Source: the human T2T-CHM13v2.0 reference genome, Homo sapiens. From it: a stretch of 64,000 nt of DNA. Each line of letters starts with the position of its first letter. The stretch's first letter is position 1. Made by a program: the position numbers and the translations under genes. Below the pieces are notes generated by a model. The model made no database searches. It was not told the origin of the DNA and was given only the letters and a program-made list of their open reading frames with translations. The stretch is taken from assembly GCF_009914755.1 (NCBI RefSeq), contig NC_060943.1; one strand, written 5' to 3'. Shown here one piece after another: positions 1 through 15,100 of the stretch.

Positions 1-608
1 GGTGACCTATGCTGGTACGTGATGACAAGCACGTTGCCCGGCTGGAATCTCATGGCTTCTGAGGCTGGCACAGAGCTGGCATATGCCTGAAGCCTGTGGC
101 TGCTGGTGCCTGCCTACTGCCAAGATTTGTCTGTAGCCCAGGGCCCAGGCTAGCAGTGATGCAAACTGTGGATTGAGCTGGCCTTGCAGGGGCTGTGGGT
201 TCCCATCTGGTTCCCGGGCAGCTCTGGAAGCTTAGTCCATAGGTACTGATATGGGTTGAGCGGTTGCAGGGGTCTGCCTAATGCAGGGTTTTACTGTGGA
301 AGATCCAGTATTAGGGTCCAAGGCAAAATTTTGTTTACTTTCCTCTCTTTCCACCAAGCAGACAGTATGTATCTCTCTCTGTGCTATGCTGCCTGGGGTT
401 GAGTGAAGGGTAATTTGGGTGACATAAAATTGTTCTTCCTACTCTCTTCAATGCATCTTTTCTTATTATGCTATAACTAGGTACTGTGATCTCTCACCTG
501 GTTTCCTTAGCTCTTTTGAAGGTATTTTTGTGCATGAATCATTCAAATTGATGTTTCCGTGTGGGCAATGATTACTAGAGAGTCCTAATGCACCATCTTG
601 CTCTGCCC
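1..608 (-). mobile_element. Old L1 (L1M-type) 5' end
   Basis: Ends in CCATCTTGCTCTGCCC, the reverse of the typical L1 5' terminus GGGCAGAGCAAGATGG. Confidence 0.65.
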
Positions 609-1577
609 TTCTTCCCAAATGCCTGTAGCCTCATAGAAAAACATTTGTAAGAAGTAGATATCTAGGGAAGGATTCCACTGAGAAGTGGTCCACATTTATG
701 TTTTTAAACAGCACGTTTTAGTGTGAGGAGGCCATTAAGTGGGGATATTTATGAAAGAATATAGGCAAACTGTTACTTAGAATGTCTTCAGTTCTGTAAG
801 GTGCTTGGCATGTAAGGTGCTTGGCCTACATATTTCTTTCAAATTAGTACACAGTCAAAAACTTTAATCAGTATACAAATTATTCTGTTAGAAGAGACAC
901 TTGTGTTTTCCATGTTTGTGTTTCTCCTTAGGAGTTGTATTTCTGTTGCTGAGATAACCTATTGTTATATCCTAGTTTATTTATAATATGTTTTGTAAGA
1001 AAGACTGATGTCATTCATTGTAGGTGTAAAACAGGCTTACCATGAAATGAAAGCCTTTGTTCAACTTAGAGTCCTAATGTTTCTGATTTCTTACTCTTGT
1101 TGCTGATATACAGAAGCAGCTACAAGAGCTGAAAGATGACTGTGCACTTAATGTCTTTAGTTGAAAGAATTATTTAGCTAAAGAAACACAGTCATTAGCT
1201 ATGGAATTTGAGAGCCTCAACAGTTTCAATGACAAATACAAAAGCATTTTTAAAAAATGAACTCAAACAGCATGATAAATTTTTATATAAAAATAAAGTT
1301 TCAATTTATTTTTTAATGCCTTTCTGAATTACTGGTTAAACTAAAATCTATAAAAATGCAATGCATTAAGTGTATATACCATAATCAAAAGTTTGAAGTG
1401 TCACATTTCTTCTATAATGGGGAGAAATTAATCACATTTGGTAAACATTTTTTACGTTCAAACCTGGATTTCAAGATAAGTTAAATAATTACTTTCATTC
1501 ACTGTCAAGGCTCTTTCTTGATTCACATTTTGAGGTTGTTTCTTTTCTTAATGCAATACTAACTTTGTGTTGTTGTT

Positions 1578-2186
<609 letters not shown>

Positions 2187-2769
2187 GTAATACCTAATTT
2201 TTGACCATTTATTGAAATTGTTATTTTATCAGATAATCTAAGTTATAATGTAGTTGATCTTTTAAAAGGGCATACTGTCTCTCTAAGTAGAAATGGCTCC
2301 AAAATGTTTTTGGGAAGTTTGATACTTTTATATACAAGGTAGCCTTAACCAGAAAAGTGACAATTTAAAATTGACAAAATGATATTTTTAAGACTTCAAA
2401 ATGATAAATAATTTTTAACTATTAAAGTTCGCCTCAAGCTAATAAACTTAAGTCTGTAAGGAAATTAAAATTAAATATTAGTTTAATAACAACTAAATAT
2501 TTAGTAGAAGTTGCCTCTCTTTATTGGTGATTTATTTTTAATTATAAAATTTTTGAAGATCTTTGCTTAAAGACCTTGATATTTGAAATAGTTGGACACT
2601 TGATGAGGAAATTGCCTTTATGATTATGAAAATCTCAGCTTTATAAAATGCATCTGTTAATAAAGATAATTTCTCTAATGGTGATCAAAATATAAAACTT
2701 AAGACATTAATATCTCACTGGAAGTGTATATGGGTTTCTGAGTAATTAAAACATTCATAAGCAGAATAA

Positions 2770-3720
2770 AATGCATTCTCAGAAAACTAGAAATATCAGG
2801 GACCTTGCTTAACTTTGTAAAAGACATCTACAAAAATCCTACAGCTAATGTCATATTTAATGGTAAAGATGGAATGTTTTCCTCCTAAGGTCGGGAACAA
2901 GGCAAGGGAGTCTATTTTCACTACTTCTATTCATCTTTGTCCTGGAAGTCCTAGCTAGTGTAATGAGGCAAAAACGCATGCAGATTGGAAAATAAGTGAT
3001 GAACTGTCTATTTACAGACATTATTGCCGATGTAGAAAATCCCAAGGAGTCTATAAAGAATTCATAGGACAAATAAATTAGGTTAGCAAGTTCACAGACT
3101 ACCAAGTCAATTAATATAAAATAATAAAATGTATTTCTGTAGACTATAAACAATAGTCTATGGCACAATTCAAATTTGAATTGTTCACTGTCTGTCTGTT
3201 TGAACAATTCAAATTTGAAATTAAAAGCAATTTAAAATTGTATCAAAAATTAAATATCTAGGCCTGAATCAAACAAAATATGTGTGGATCTGTATGCATG
3301 AAAGTTAAAAAACTGATGACATAAAGATCTAAATAAAAGGAGAGATATACTGTAGCCATGGACTGGAAGACTCATTGTTAGATGTCAGTATTCTTCACCT
3401 TGATATGTACATTCAAAGCAAACTTAACAGCCTTGGAGGATTTTTTTTTTTTTTTTTTTTTTGCCAGGGGTAGGGGGTCAGTATTGTAAAGCTGATTCTA
3501 AAATGTGTAAGGAAAGGCCAAAGAACTAGAATAGCTAAGACAATTTTGTAAAAGAAGAGCAAAGTTTAGGGACCTGATTCTGAGGCTTTTTATAAAGGTG
3601 TAGTAATCAAGACAGTATCTTATTGGTGAATGGAAGAACATATAGATTGATGGAATGTAATGGAATATCCAGAAATAGACCCACACAAAAATGGCCAATT
3701 GAGTTTTACTTTTTATCAAA
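2770..3720 (+). mobile_element. Old L1M ORF2 fragment
   Basis: Degenerate L1 ORF2 RT/C-terminal sequence. Confidence 0.8.
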
Positions 3721-6700
3721 AGTAAGAAAACTTATTTTGCAGAGGGGTTGGTTTTAAAAAAATATTTAGATTGATTTTATTGGATAAGCAATGTATGAAT
3801 ATATATGTCCTATTCAAAATGATAGAAGTCTATAGAGCTGAAAGTGAAAGTCTCCATTACCTCACCCCAATCTGTTTTTGTTGTGCTGTAATTTTGTTTT
3901 TTTCTTTTTCTTTTTTTTTTGTGTGTTTTTAAATTTTATTGTATTTTAAGTTCTGGGATACATGTTCAGGACATGCAGGTTTGTCACACAGGTAAACGTG
4001 TGCCATGGTGGTTTGCTGCACCTATCAACCCATCACCTAGTATTAAGCCCTGCATGCGTTAGCTATTTATCCTGATGCTTTCCCCTCCCCTGCCCCCACT
4101 GACAGGCCCCAGTGTGTGTTGTTCCCCTCTCTGTGTCCATGTGTTCTAATTGTTCAGCTCTCACTTACAAGTGAGAACATGCAGTATTTGGTTTTCTGTT
4201 CCTGTGTTAGTTTGCTGAGGATAATGGCTTCCAGCTTCATCTATGTCCCTGCAAAGGACATGATCTCATTCCTTTTTATGGCTACATAGTATTCCATGGT
4301 GTATATGTGCCATGTTTTCTTTGTCTAGTCTATCGTTGATGGGCATTTGGGCTGATTCCATGTCTTTGCTATTGTGAGTAGTGCTGCAGTAAACATACAT
4401 GTGCATGTATCTTTATAATAGAATGATTTATATTCCTTTGTGTATATACCCAGTAATGGGAATGCTGGGTCAAATGGTATTTCTGGTTCTTGATCCTTGA
4501 GGAATTGCCACTGTTTTCTACAATGGTTGAACTAATTTACATTCCCACCAACAGTATAAAAGCATTCCTGTTTCTCCACAGCCTTGCCAGCAACTGTTGT
4601 TTCTTGACTTTTTAAATAATCACCATTCTGACTGGCATGAGATAGTATCTTGTTGTGATTTTGATTTGCATTTCTCTAATGATCAGTGATGTTGAGCTTT
4701 TTTCCATATGTTTGTGTGTCACATAAATGTCTTCTTTTGAGAAGTGTCTGTTTATATCCTTTGCCTACTTTTTGATGGGTTGTTTTTTTTTCTTGTAAAT
4801 TTGTTTAAGTTCCTTGTAGATTCTAGATACTAGACCTTTGTCAGATGGATAGATTGCAAAAACATTCTCCCATTCTGCAGGTTGTCTGTTCATGCTGATG
4901 ATAATTTCTTTTGCTGTGCAGAAACTCTTTAGTTTAATTAGGTGCCATTTGTCAATTTTGCTTTGGTTGCAACTGCTTTTGGTGTTTTGGTCATGAAATC
5001 TTTTCCCATGCTTATGTCCTGAATGGTGTTGCCTAGATTTTCTTCTAGGGTTTTTATAGTTTTGGGTTTCACACTTAAGTCTCGAATCCAATCCATCTTG
5101 AGTTAATTTTTGTGTAAGATGTAAGGAAGGGGTCCAGTTTCAATTTTCTGCATATGGGTAGCCAGTTTTCCCAGCACCATTTATTAAATAGGGAATCCTT
5201 TCCCCATTGCTTGTCTGTGTCAGGTTTGTCAAAGATTAGATGGTTGTAGATGTGTGGACTTATTTTTGAGATCTCTATTCTGTTCCATTGGTCTGTGTGT
5301 CTGTTTTGGTACCAGTACCATGCTGTAGCCTTGTCATATAGTTTGAAGTCAGGTAGTGTGATACTTCTAGCTTTGTTCTTTTTGCTTAGGATTGTCTTGG
5401 CTATATGGGCTCTTTTTTGGTTCCATATGAATTTTAAAGCAGTTTTTTTCTAATTCTGTGAAGAATGTCAATGGTAGTTTGATGGGAATATCATTGAATC
5501 TATAAATTACTTTGGGCAGTATGGCCATTTTCATGATACTGATTCTTCCTATCCACAAGTGTGGAATGTTTTTCTATTTGTTTGTGTCCTCTCTGATTTC
5601 CTTGAGCAGTGGTTAGTAGTACTCCTTGAAGGGGTTCTTCACATCCCTTGTTAGCTGTATTTCTAGGTATTTTATTCTCTTTGTAGCAATTGTGAATGGG
5701 AGTTCATCCATGATTTGTCTCTCTGCTTGTCTGTTGTTGGTGTATAGGAATGCTTGTGATTTTTGCACAATGATTTTATATCCTGAGACTTTGCTGAAGT
5801 TGCTTGTCAGCTTAAGGAGCTTTTGGGCTGAGACAATGGGGTTTTCTAGTTATAGGATCATGTCATCTGCAAACATAGACAATTTGACTTTCTCTCTTCC
5901 TATTTGAATACTCTTTATTTCTTTCTCTTGCCTGATTGCCCTGGCCATAGCTTCCAATACTATGTTGAACAGGAGTGGTGAGAGAGGGTATCCTTGTCTT
6001 GTGCCAGTTTTCGAAGGGAATACTTCCAGGTTTGCCAATTCAGTATGATATTGGCTGTGGGTTTATCATAAATGGCTCTTATTTTGAGCTATGTTTTATC
6101 AATACCTAGTTTACTGAGAGTTTTTTAACATGAAGGGATATTTAATTCTATGAGAGGCGTTTTTCTGCATCTATTGAGATAATTGTGTGGTTTTTGTCAT
6201 TAGTTCTGTTTATGTGATGAATTACATTTACTGATTTGCATATGTTGAACCAGCCTTGCATCCCATGGATGAAGCCAGCTTGATTGTGGTGGATAAGCTT
6301 TCTGATATGCTGCTGGATTTGGTTTGCTAGTATTTTGAGGATTTTTGCGTTGGTATTCATCAGGGATATTGGCCTGAAGTTTTACTTTTTTGTTGTATCT
6401 CTGCCAGATTTTGGTATCAGGATGATGCTGGCCTCATAAATGAGTTAGAGAGAAGTCCCTCCTTTTCAATTGTTTGGAATAGTTTCAGAAGAAATGGTAC
6501 CAGCTCCTCTTTGTACCTCTGGTAGAATTCAGCTGTGAATCCATCTGGTCCTGGGCTTTTTTTGGTTGGTAGACTATTTATTACTGCCTCGACTTCAGAA
6601 CTTGTTAGTGGTCTATACAGAGATTTGACTTCTTCCTGGTTTAGTGTTGGAAGGGTGTATGTGTCCAGAAATTTGTCCATTTCTTCTAAATTTTCTAGTT

Positions 6701-7884
6701 TATTTGCGTAGAGGTGTTTATAATGTTTTTCTGATGGCTGTTTGTATTTCTGCAGGGTCAGTGGTGCTATCCTCTTTATCATTTTTTATTGTGTCTGTTT
6801 GATTCTTCTCTCTTCTTTTTTAGTCTAGCTAGCAGTCTATTGATTTTATTAATTTCTTTTCAAACCAGCTCCTAGATTCATTGATTTTTTTGGAGAGTTT
6901 TTTGTGTCTCTATCTCCTTCAGTTCCATTCTGATCTTGGTTATTTCTTGTGTTCTGTTAGCTTTGGGATTTGTTCTTGGTTTTCTAGTTCTTTTAGTTGC
7001 AATATTAGGGTGTCGATTTGAGAGCTTTCTAGCTTTCTGATGTAGGGATTTAGTGCTATAAATTTCCCTCTTAATACTGCTTTAGCTGCATCCCAGAGAT
7101 TCTGGTACATTGTCTCTTGTTCTCATTGTTTTTAGAGGACTTCTTTACTTCTGTCTTAATTTCATTGTTTACCCAGGAGTCATTCAGGAGAAGGTTGTTG
7201 AATTTTCATGTAGTTATGTGGTTTTGAGTGAGTTTTTAAACCTTGAGTTCTAATTTGATTGCACTGTGGTCTGAGAGACTGTTGTGATTTCAGTTCCTTT
7301 GCATTTGCTAAAGAGTGTTTTACTTCCAATTATGAGATCAGTTTTTGAGTAAGTGCCATGTGGCACTGAGAAGAATGCTTATTCTGTTGTTTTGGGGTAG
7401 AGAGTTCTGTAGATATCTATCAGGTCCACCTGATGCAGAGCTGAGTTCAAGTCCTGAATACCCTTGTTAATTTACTGTCTTAATGATTGTCTGATATTGA
7501 CAGTGGGTGTTAAAGTCTCCCGCTATTATTGTGTGGGAGTCTAAGTCTCTTTGTAGGTCTCTAAGAGCTTGTTTTATGAATTTGGGTGCTCTTGTATTGG
7601 GTGCATATATATTTAGGATTGTTAGCTTTTCTTGCTGTATTGATCCCTTTACGATTATGTAATGCCCTTCTTTGTCTTTTTTGAACCTTGCTGGTTTAAA
7701 GTCTGTTTTGTCAGAAACTAGGATTGCAACCCCTGCTTTTTCCTGCTTTTCATTTGCTTGGTAAATTTTCCTTCATCCCTTTATTTTGAGCCTATGTGTA
7801 TCATTGCATGGAGATGGGCTTCTTGAATCTTGAATACAGCACACCAATGGGTCTTGACTCTTTATCCACATTGCCAATCTGTGT

Positions 7885-8191
7885 CTTTTTTTTTTTTTTT
7901 TTTTGAGATGGAGTCTCGTTCTGCCACCCAGGCTGGAGTGCAGTGGTATGATCTCAGCTCACTGCACTTCTGCCTCTTGGATTCAAGTGATTCTCCTGCG
8001 TCAGCCTCCCAAGTAGCTGGGACTACAGGTGCATGCCACCATGCCTGGCTAATTTTTGTATTTTTAGTAGATATGTGGTTTCACCATATTGGTCAGGCTG
8101 GTCTCGAACTTCTGACCTCAGGTGATCCACCCGCCTCGGCCTCCCAAAGTACTGGGATTACACAACATGCATGAACCACTGTGCCAGGCCC
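7885..8191 (-). mobile_element. AluS in L1
   Basis: Alu dimer; TSD CCAATCTGTGTCTTTT. Confidence 0.92.
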
Positions 8192-8929
8192 AATCTGTGT
8201 CTTTTAATTGGAGCATTTAGCCCATTTACATTTAAGGTTAATATTGTTATGTGTGTTTGATCCTGTCATCATGATGCTAGCTGGTTATTTTGCAGACTAG
8301 TTGATGCAGTTTCTTCATAGTGTCGTTGGTCTTTGTACTTCAGCATGTCTTTGCAGTGGCTGATAGTGGTTTTTCCTTTCCATATTTAGTGCTTCCTTCA
8401 GGAGCTCTTGCAAGGCAGGCCTGGTGGTGATGAATTCTCTCAGCATTTGCTTGTCTGAAAAGGATTTTATTTCTCCTTTGCTTATGAAGCTTAGTTTAGC
8501 CAAATATGAAATTCTGGGTTGGAAATTATTTTCTTTAAGAATGATGAATATTGGCCTCCACTCTCTTCTGGCTTGTAGGGTTTCTGCTGAGAGGTCCACT
8601 GTTAGTCTGATGGGCTTCCCTTTGTAGGTGACCTGGCCTTTCTCTCTGGCTGTTTTAACATTTTTTCCTTCATTACATTCTTGGAGAATCTGATGATTAT
8701 GTGTCTTTGGGTTGATCTTCTCATGGAGTATCCTACTGGGATTTTCTGGATTTCCTGAATTTGAATGTTGGCCTCTCTTGCTGGGTTGGGGAAGTTCTTC
8801 TGGATGATAGCCTGAAGTGTGTTTTTCAACTTGGTTCCATTCTCCCCATCTCTTTCATGTACTCCTATCAGTCATAGGTTTGGTCTTTTTACATAGTCTC
8901 ATAGTTCTCGGAGGTTTTGTTTGCTCTTT

Positions 8930-9232
8930 TTCTTTCTTTCTTTTTTTTTTTTTGAGACGGAGTCTCACTCTGTCACCCAGGCTGGAGTGCAGTGGCACAA
9001 TCTCAGCTCACTGCAACCTCTGCCCCCCGAGTTCAAGTGATCTCCTGCCTTAGCCTCCCAAGTAGCTGGTATTACAGGCGCCTGCCACTGCGCCTGGCTA
9101 ATTTTTGTATTTTTAGTAGAAACGGGGTTTCACCATCTTATCCAGGCTGGTCTTGAACTCCTGACCTCGTGATCCACCTGCCTCAGCCTTCCAAAGTGCT
9201 GGGATTACAGGGATGAGTCACCGAGCCTGTGC
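8930..9232 (-). mobile_element. AluS in L1
   Basis: Alu dimer with poly-T. Confidence 0.9.
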
Positions 9233-9691
9233 TTGTTCATTCCTTTTCATTCTTTTTTTCTCAGTCTTGTCTGCTTGCCTTATTTCAGCAAGATAGTATT
9301 CAAGCTCTGATATTTATCCTTCTGCTTGATACCTGTGTTCGCATCACGAAGTTCTTGTGCTGTGTTCTTCAGCTCCATCGGGTCATTTATGTTCCTCTCT
9401 AAACTGGTTATTCTAGTTAGCAGCTCCTATGACCCTTTATCATGGTTCTTGGCTTCTTTGCATTGGGTTAAACATGCTCCTTTAGCTTAGCAAAGTTTAT
9501 TACCTACTTTCTGAAGCCTTCTGTCAACTCATCCATCTCAGCCTCCACCCAGTTCTGTACCCTTGCTGGAGAGGAGTTGTGATCATTTGGAGGAGGAGAG
9601 GCACTCTGGCCTTTTCAGTTTTCAGCGTTTTTTCATTGATTCTTTCTCATCTATATGAGTTTGTCTAGTTTCAATCTTTGAGGCTGCTGAC

Positions 9692-10231
9692 TGTTAATCA
9701 AGGAAAATGACAAGAAAAGTCTCAATCATTTTAGGAGATTTATTTGCCAAAGTTAAGGATGCACCCGGGAAACAGGTCTATGCCTTTCTCTGAAGATGAT
9801 TTTAAGGGCTCCAAATTTAAAGGGGAAAGGGTGGGATATTGAGAAGTATACAGTTTTCATGCAAGTGAATCTGCATTTTTACATACAAGGACATAAAAGG
9901 GGCAGAGGAAAAATGTGGGGAATCAGCATTTTACATAAGATAACACAAACAGAATGTGGTAGGGAAACAATCAGATATGCATTAGTGTCTGTGGGCCAGG
10001 ATGACAGCACCTGGAAAGATAAGCTATCAATTTGCATTGCCATGGTGAAGTTTTAACCATTCACTAGGAATATCCTTGTGGGCAAATATGGGGGAGGCAT
10101 GTAGCTTTTCATCTTGTAGCCATCTTATTTAGGAACTGAAAGTGGGAGGCAAGTTTGCATGACCCAGTTCCCAGCTTGACTCTTCCTTTTAGCCAGATGC
10201 ATTTGGGGTCCCAAAATTTAATTTCCTTTCA
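9692..10231 (-). mobile_element. MER4A-like ERV1 solo LTR in the L1
   Basis: Recognised MER4-type sequence (GTCTCAATCATTTTAGGAGATTTATTTGCCAAAG ... AATTTCCTTTCA). Confidence 0.8.
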
Positions 10232-11604
10232 GTGTTTTTTTTCATTCATTCTTTCTCATCTTCATAAGTTTGTCTAGTTTGAGGCTGCTGACCTTTGGAT
10301 GAAGTTTTTGTGGTGACTTCTTTGTTGATGCTGTTGTTGCTTTCTGTTAGTTTGTTTTTCTTTAACAGTCAGGCCCCTCTTCTGTAGGACTGCTGCAGTT
10401 TGCTGAGGGTTCACTTCAGGCCCTATTCACCTGGGTCCCTTCTGCAGCTGGAGATGTCACCCGAGGAAGCTGGAGAACAGCAAAGATGGATGCCTGCTCC
10501 TTCCTCTGGGATCTCTGTCCTCGAGGGGCACTGACCTGATGCTGGTAGGAACGCTTCTGTATAAGGTGTCTGGTGACCCCTGGTTGGTGGGGGTCTCACC
10601 CAGTCGCGGGGCACAGGATCCGGGACCCACTTAATGAAACACTCTAGTTGTCCCTTGGTGGAGGGGATGTGCTGTGCTGGGGGGAAACCCACTCATCTGG
10701 GCTGCCTGGATTCCTCAGAGCTAGTGGAGGAAAGTAAGTCTGCTGGTTTGTGAAGGCCATGGCCACCCCTCCCACTAGGGGCTCAGGCTCAGGGAGATCA
10801 GAATCTTTTCCCTAAGGCCCTGGCTGGGGTAGCTGAAGTTCCTGCAGGGAGGCCTCGCCCAGTGAGGAGGGATGGGTCAGGGTCCAGCCTAAAGAGGCAG
10901 AGTCCACAATCTGCCACAACTGGTGTGCTCCACTGTGGGGAATACCTTCTGGGTCCAAGACATCCAATCTCCCTGGCACCAGCAGGGGAAAAACGGCAGC
11001 CCCGAGCTGTAGTGATGGCTGTTGCCCTTCCCCAGTGGGGGTTCAGCCTTTTAGGCAGCCGCAGTGATGGGAGCTCAGACGTCGTAAGCAGCAGGCAGCT
11101 GCAGTTGCAGTGATGATGGCTGGCCCTCCTCCCCAGAACTCGGTAGTCTTAGGCAGACTCCGGCCCAACCGCTGTTGAGACTGTGCAGCTCTGTGGTTGG
11201 GACCTAAGGCCCTGGTGGTGTGGGCTCATGAGTGAGATCTCCTGATTCACAGGTTGCACATCCATGAAAAAAGCAGTTTCCAAGGCTAGGTAACATTGAG
11301 GTGGGCAAATAAAGAGAGAACGTTAGAGAGAGAAAAATAAGTTTAAAAAAGGCAAGCTTTCTGTACTATGCTGACACATCCCAAGGGCAGTAACAGGCAT
11401 AGCCTGGACCCAGGTGAGGACCTGATAACATTATCTAAGTGGCTGGAGCTGGAAGGAATGTGCTCTGGAGACTTTCCCAGGGGTAACAAAGAAGTAAATT
11501 TTCCCTGTGTCTTTAGCATAAGTAAAAGTCCCTTTGAACCCCCTCCAGTGTGTGATTGTACCCACTCTGCAAGTTTTATGAGGTCCTGTTTTTCTGTAGC
11601 TAAT

Positions 11605-12161
11605 TTCATGCGCGCGTCTGTGTGAAGAGATCACCAAACAGGCTTTGTGTAAGCAATAAAGCTTTTTAATCACCTGGGTGCAGGCAGCCTGAGTCCGAAA
11701 AGAGAGTCAGCAAAGGGTGGTGGGATTGTCATTAGTTCTTATACGTTTGGGATAGGCGGTGGAGTTAGGAGCAATTTTGTTGCGGGCAGCGGGTGGATCT
11801 TACAAAGTATATTCTCAAGGATGTGGAGAATATTACAAAGTACCTTCTTAAGTGTGGGGGAGAATATTACAAAGTACCTTCTTAATGGTGGGGAGGGTGT
11901 ATAGTACAAAGTACATTCACAAAGGCAAGGGAATATCACAAAGTACATTATTGCGAGGGCGGGGAGGGTGTATTGTCACAAAGTCAATTGATCAGTTAGG
12001 GTGGGGCAGGAACAAATCACAACGGTGGAATGTCATCAGTTAAGGCAGGAACTGGCTGTTTTCACTTCTTTTGTGAATCTTAAGTTGCTTCAGGCCATCT
12101 GGATGTATATGTGCAGGTCACAGGGGATATGATGGCTTAGATTCAGCTGAGAGACCTGACA
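11605..12161 (-). repeat. HERV-H 3' LTR (LTR7B/C-like, tandem ~31-bp U3 repeats)
   Basis: TGTCAGG...CATGAA termini; six ACAAAGT-core repeat units. Confidence 0.92.
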
Positions 12162-15100
12162 TTTCTGTCTTCTTATATTAATAAGAAAAATAGAACAAAA
12201 TAGCGGTGAAGTGTTGGGGCGGCAAAATATTTTTGGGGGTGGTATGGAGAGATAATGGGCAATTTTTCTCATGGCTGCTTTGAGCAGGATTAGGGGCAGC
12301 ATGGGAACCTGGAGTGGGAAAGATTAAAGAAAGATTTTGGGGTAAGGGGTGATATTGTGGGTTTATTAGAAGGAACATTTGTCATATAGAATGGTGATGG
12401 CCTGGATGCAGTTTTGTATGAATTGAGAAACTAAACAGAAGACACAAGGTCCAAATAAGAGAAGGAGAAAAACAGATATTAAAAGACTAAGAAATGGGAG
12501 GACCCAGGACATCCAATTAGAGAGTGCCCAAGGGGGTTCAGTGTAATTATTTGCTTGGTTGGTGAGTTTTTGGGCTCAATCCTTGAGTTTTTGATGTTGT
12601 CATATACCAGGCCAGATTGATTTAGGTAAAAGCAACACTCTTCTTTTAAAAAATATACAGAGTCCCCTTTTTTTTTAGCAGTAAGTCAAAGCCTCGGCGA
12701 TTTTGGAGGAAAAAGAAATGCAAAGCCAACAATCGTTTGTTAAAGAAGGTTTAGAAACGGCTAGGAGAGAGTGAGTGAGATTGATAGTGTGGTGGAGGTA
12801 GCTGGGGAGAGGTAGAGGGTGGCACAAGAACGGGAATGAGAATAAGAGTGAGTGTAAAAGTAAAGAATAGGACTTCATCAGGGTGAAAGTATTGGAGTGT
12901 GCCCTGTGAGCAAAGATCATCTATCCACTCCAAGAGGGAGTCAAGAGTGGCGGATTGGGGATAGTACTAGGAGATATCCGCTGTGATGGTTTGGAGGAAA
13001 AATGTAAACTGGCAGTGTAAACAGGGGCACGACACTTATGAGTAGTTGAGAATGGTGAATAGGAATATGACTAGACAGAAGATAGTAGGGATGACAAGTT
13101 TTTGGGGTGCAATCCAAGTGGGAGGGGTGAATGCGTAAAGCTTTGTTGGGAAGAGTAGGGTAAGGACGAAGAGACCTAATAAAAATGATAGGATGTATTA
13201 GGCTTATAAGGGTTACTATTATCATTTAGGAATGCGGGTGAGTTTAAGGGAAGTAGGGTTGAGTACTTGCGACTTCCAGGAGGAAGAGGAGAGATCAGGC
13301 TGTCTGTCTGACAGACAAAGCTTTATTCTGGAATGGTGAACCCAATGGGGAGGGTCCTGCAGGCGGACAGCAGTTGGGGTACTAGAGATGACTAAGTAGG
13401 GTCCAGTCCATCGAGGTTGTAGAGTTTGAAGGGTCAGATTTTTAACAAGAACTTATCATCCAGCTAGGGTGTCTTCATATGGCTGGGAATCTGGAGTAGG
13501 CAAGAGAAGATGAGCAGCCTGGCAAATTTCCTGTCTAGCCTGCTGGAAGACTGGAAGATAGTCGCCTAGAGGGCTGGTGTCTGGGGCAAGGTTGGGTCCG
13601 AGCAAGAAAGTGCATCCATATAAAAGTTCAAATGGACTGTACCCTGTAGCATCTCGAGGACAGGCTCTAATTCTGAGAAGGGCAAGAGGTAAAAGTACTG
13701 TCCAGTCCTTTTTAAGTTGGAGGCTGAGCTTGGTGAGGTGTGTCTTTAAAAGACCATTAGTCCGTTCTACCTTTCCTGAAGATTGAGGACGGTAAGGGGT
13801 ATGAAGCTTCCACTGAATAGAGCCTGAGAAACTGCTTGGGTGATTTGACTAATAAAAGCTGGTCTGTGATGAGACTGTATAGAGGTAGGAAGGCCAAACC
13901 AAGGAATTATGTCTGGAAAAAGGGAAGAAATGACTGCGGTAGCCTTCTCAGATCCTGTGGGAAAGGCCTCTATCCATCCAGTGAAAGTGTCTACCCAGAC
14001 CAAGAGGTATTTTAGTTGCCTGACTCAGGGCATGTAAGTAAATCAATTTGCCAGTCCTGGACAGGGGCAAATCCCTGAGCTTGATGTGTAGGGAAGGGAG
14101 CGGGCCTGAACAATCCCTGAGTAGTAGTAGAATAGCAGATGGAACACTAAGAAGTGATTTCCTTGAGGATAGATTTCCACGATGGAAAGGAAATGAGAGG
14201 TTCTAAGAGGCAGGCTAGTGGCTTGTAACCTACATGGAAGAGGTTCTGAAAAGATGACAGAATAGAATGGGCCTGTGAGGCTGGAAGGAGATATGTTCCT
14301 TGGTCCAAGAACCATTTGCCTTGTGTGAGAGGAGATTGATAGGTGGAAGTTACAGTGGGAGAGTAGGTGGGAGTGACTGATGAGAAGGAGAAAAACTGGC
14401 CATGAGGGACAGAAGTTGGAATGCTAGCTGCTTCTTCAGCTACCTAATCAGCATAAGCGTTGCCCTAAGCAATGGGATCTGATGCCTTTTGATGGCCCTT
14501 GCAGTGAATGACTCCAGCTTCCTTTGGAAGTAAAGCGGCCTTGAGAAGAGTTTTTATTAAAGATGCATTAATGATGGAGGACCCTTGTGTAATGAGGAAA
14601 CCTCTTTCAGCCCATATAACAGCATGATGGTGCAGGATATGGAAGGCATATTTAGAGTCTGTATAAATATTGATGCGTAGTCCTTTTGCAAGAGTGAGGG
14701 CTCGAGTTAAGGCAATGAGTTTGGCTTGCTGAGAGGTAGTGGAGTGGGGCAGAGCAGTAGCCTCAATGATAGATGTGGAAGATACTATAGCATAGCCTGC
14801 CTTTGCTAGTGATTGGTGATTAGGCTTGGTGGAACTGCCATCAATAAACCAAGTGTGATCAGGGTGAGGAACAGGAAAGAAGGAAATATGGGGAAATGGA
14901 GTGAATACAAGTTAGATCAGAGAGATACAGTTATGGGGGTCAGGTGGGGTATCAGGAATAATGTGGGAGGCCGGATTGAAGTCCGGGCCAGGAACAATGG
15001 TAATCGTTGCAGACTCAACAAAGAGTGAATATAGCTGAAGGAGCCAGGGGCAGAAAGTATATGCATCAGGTGTGAGGAAGAAAATAGATTTTGGAAGTTA

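Noticed and set aside
11790-11990. Repeat-spacer-like periodicity (CRISPR-like)
   Set aside because: Ordinary LTR7 U3 tandem repeats in a primate genome.
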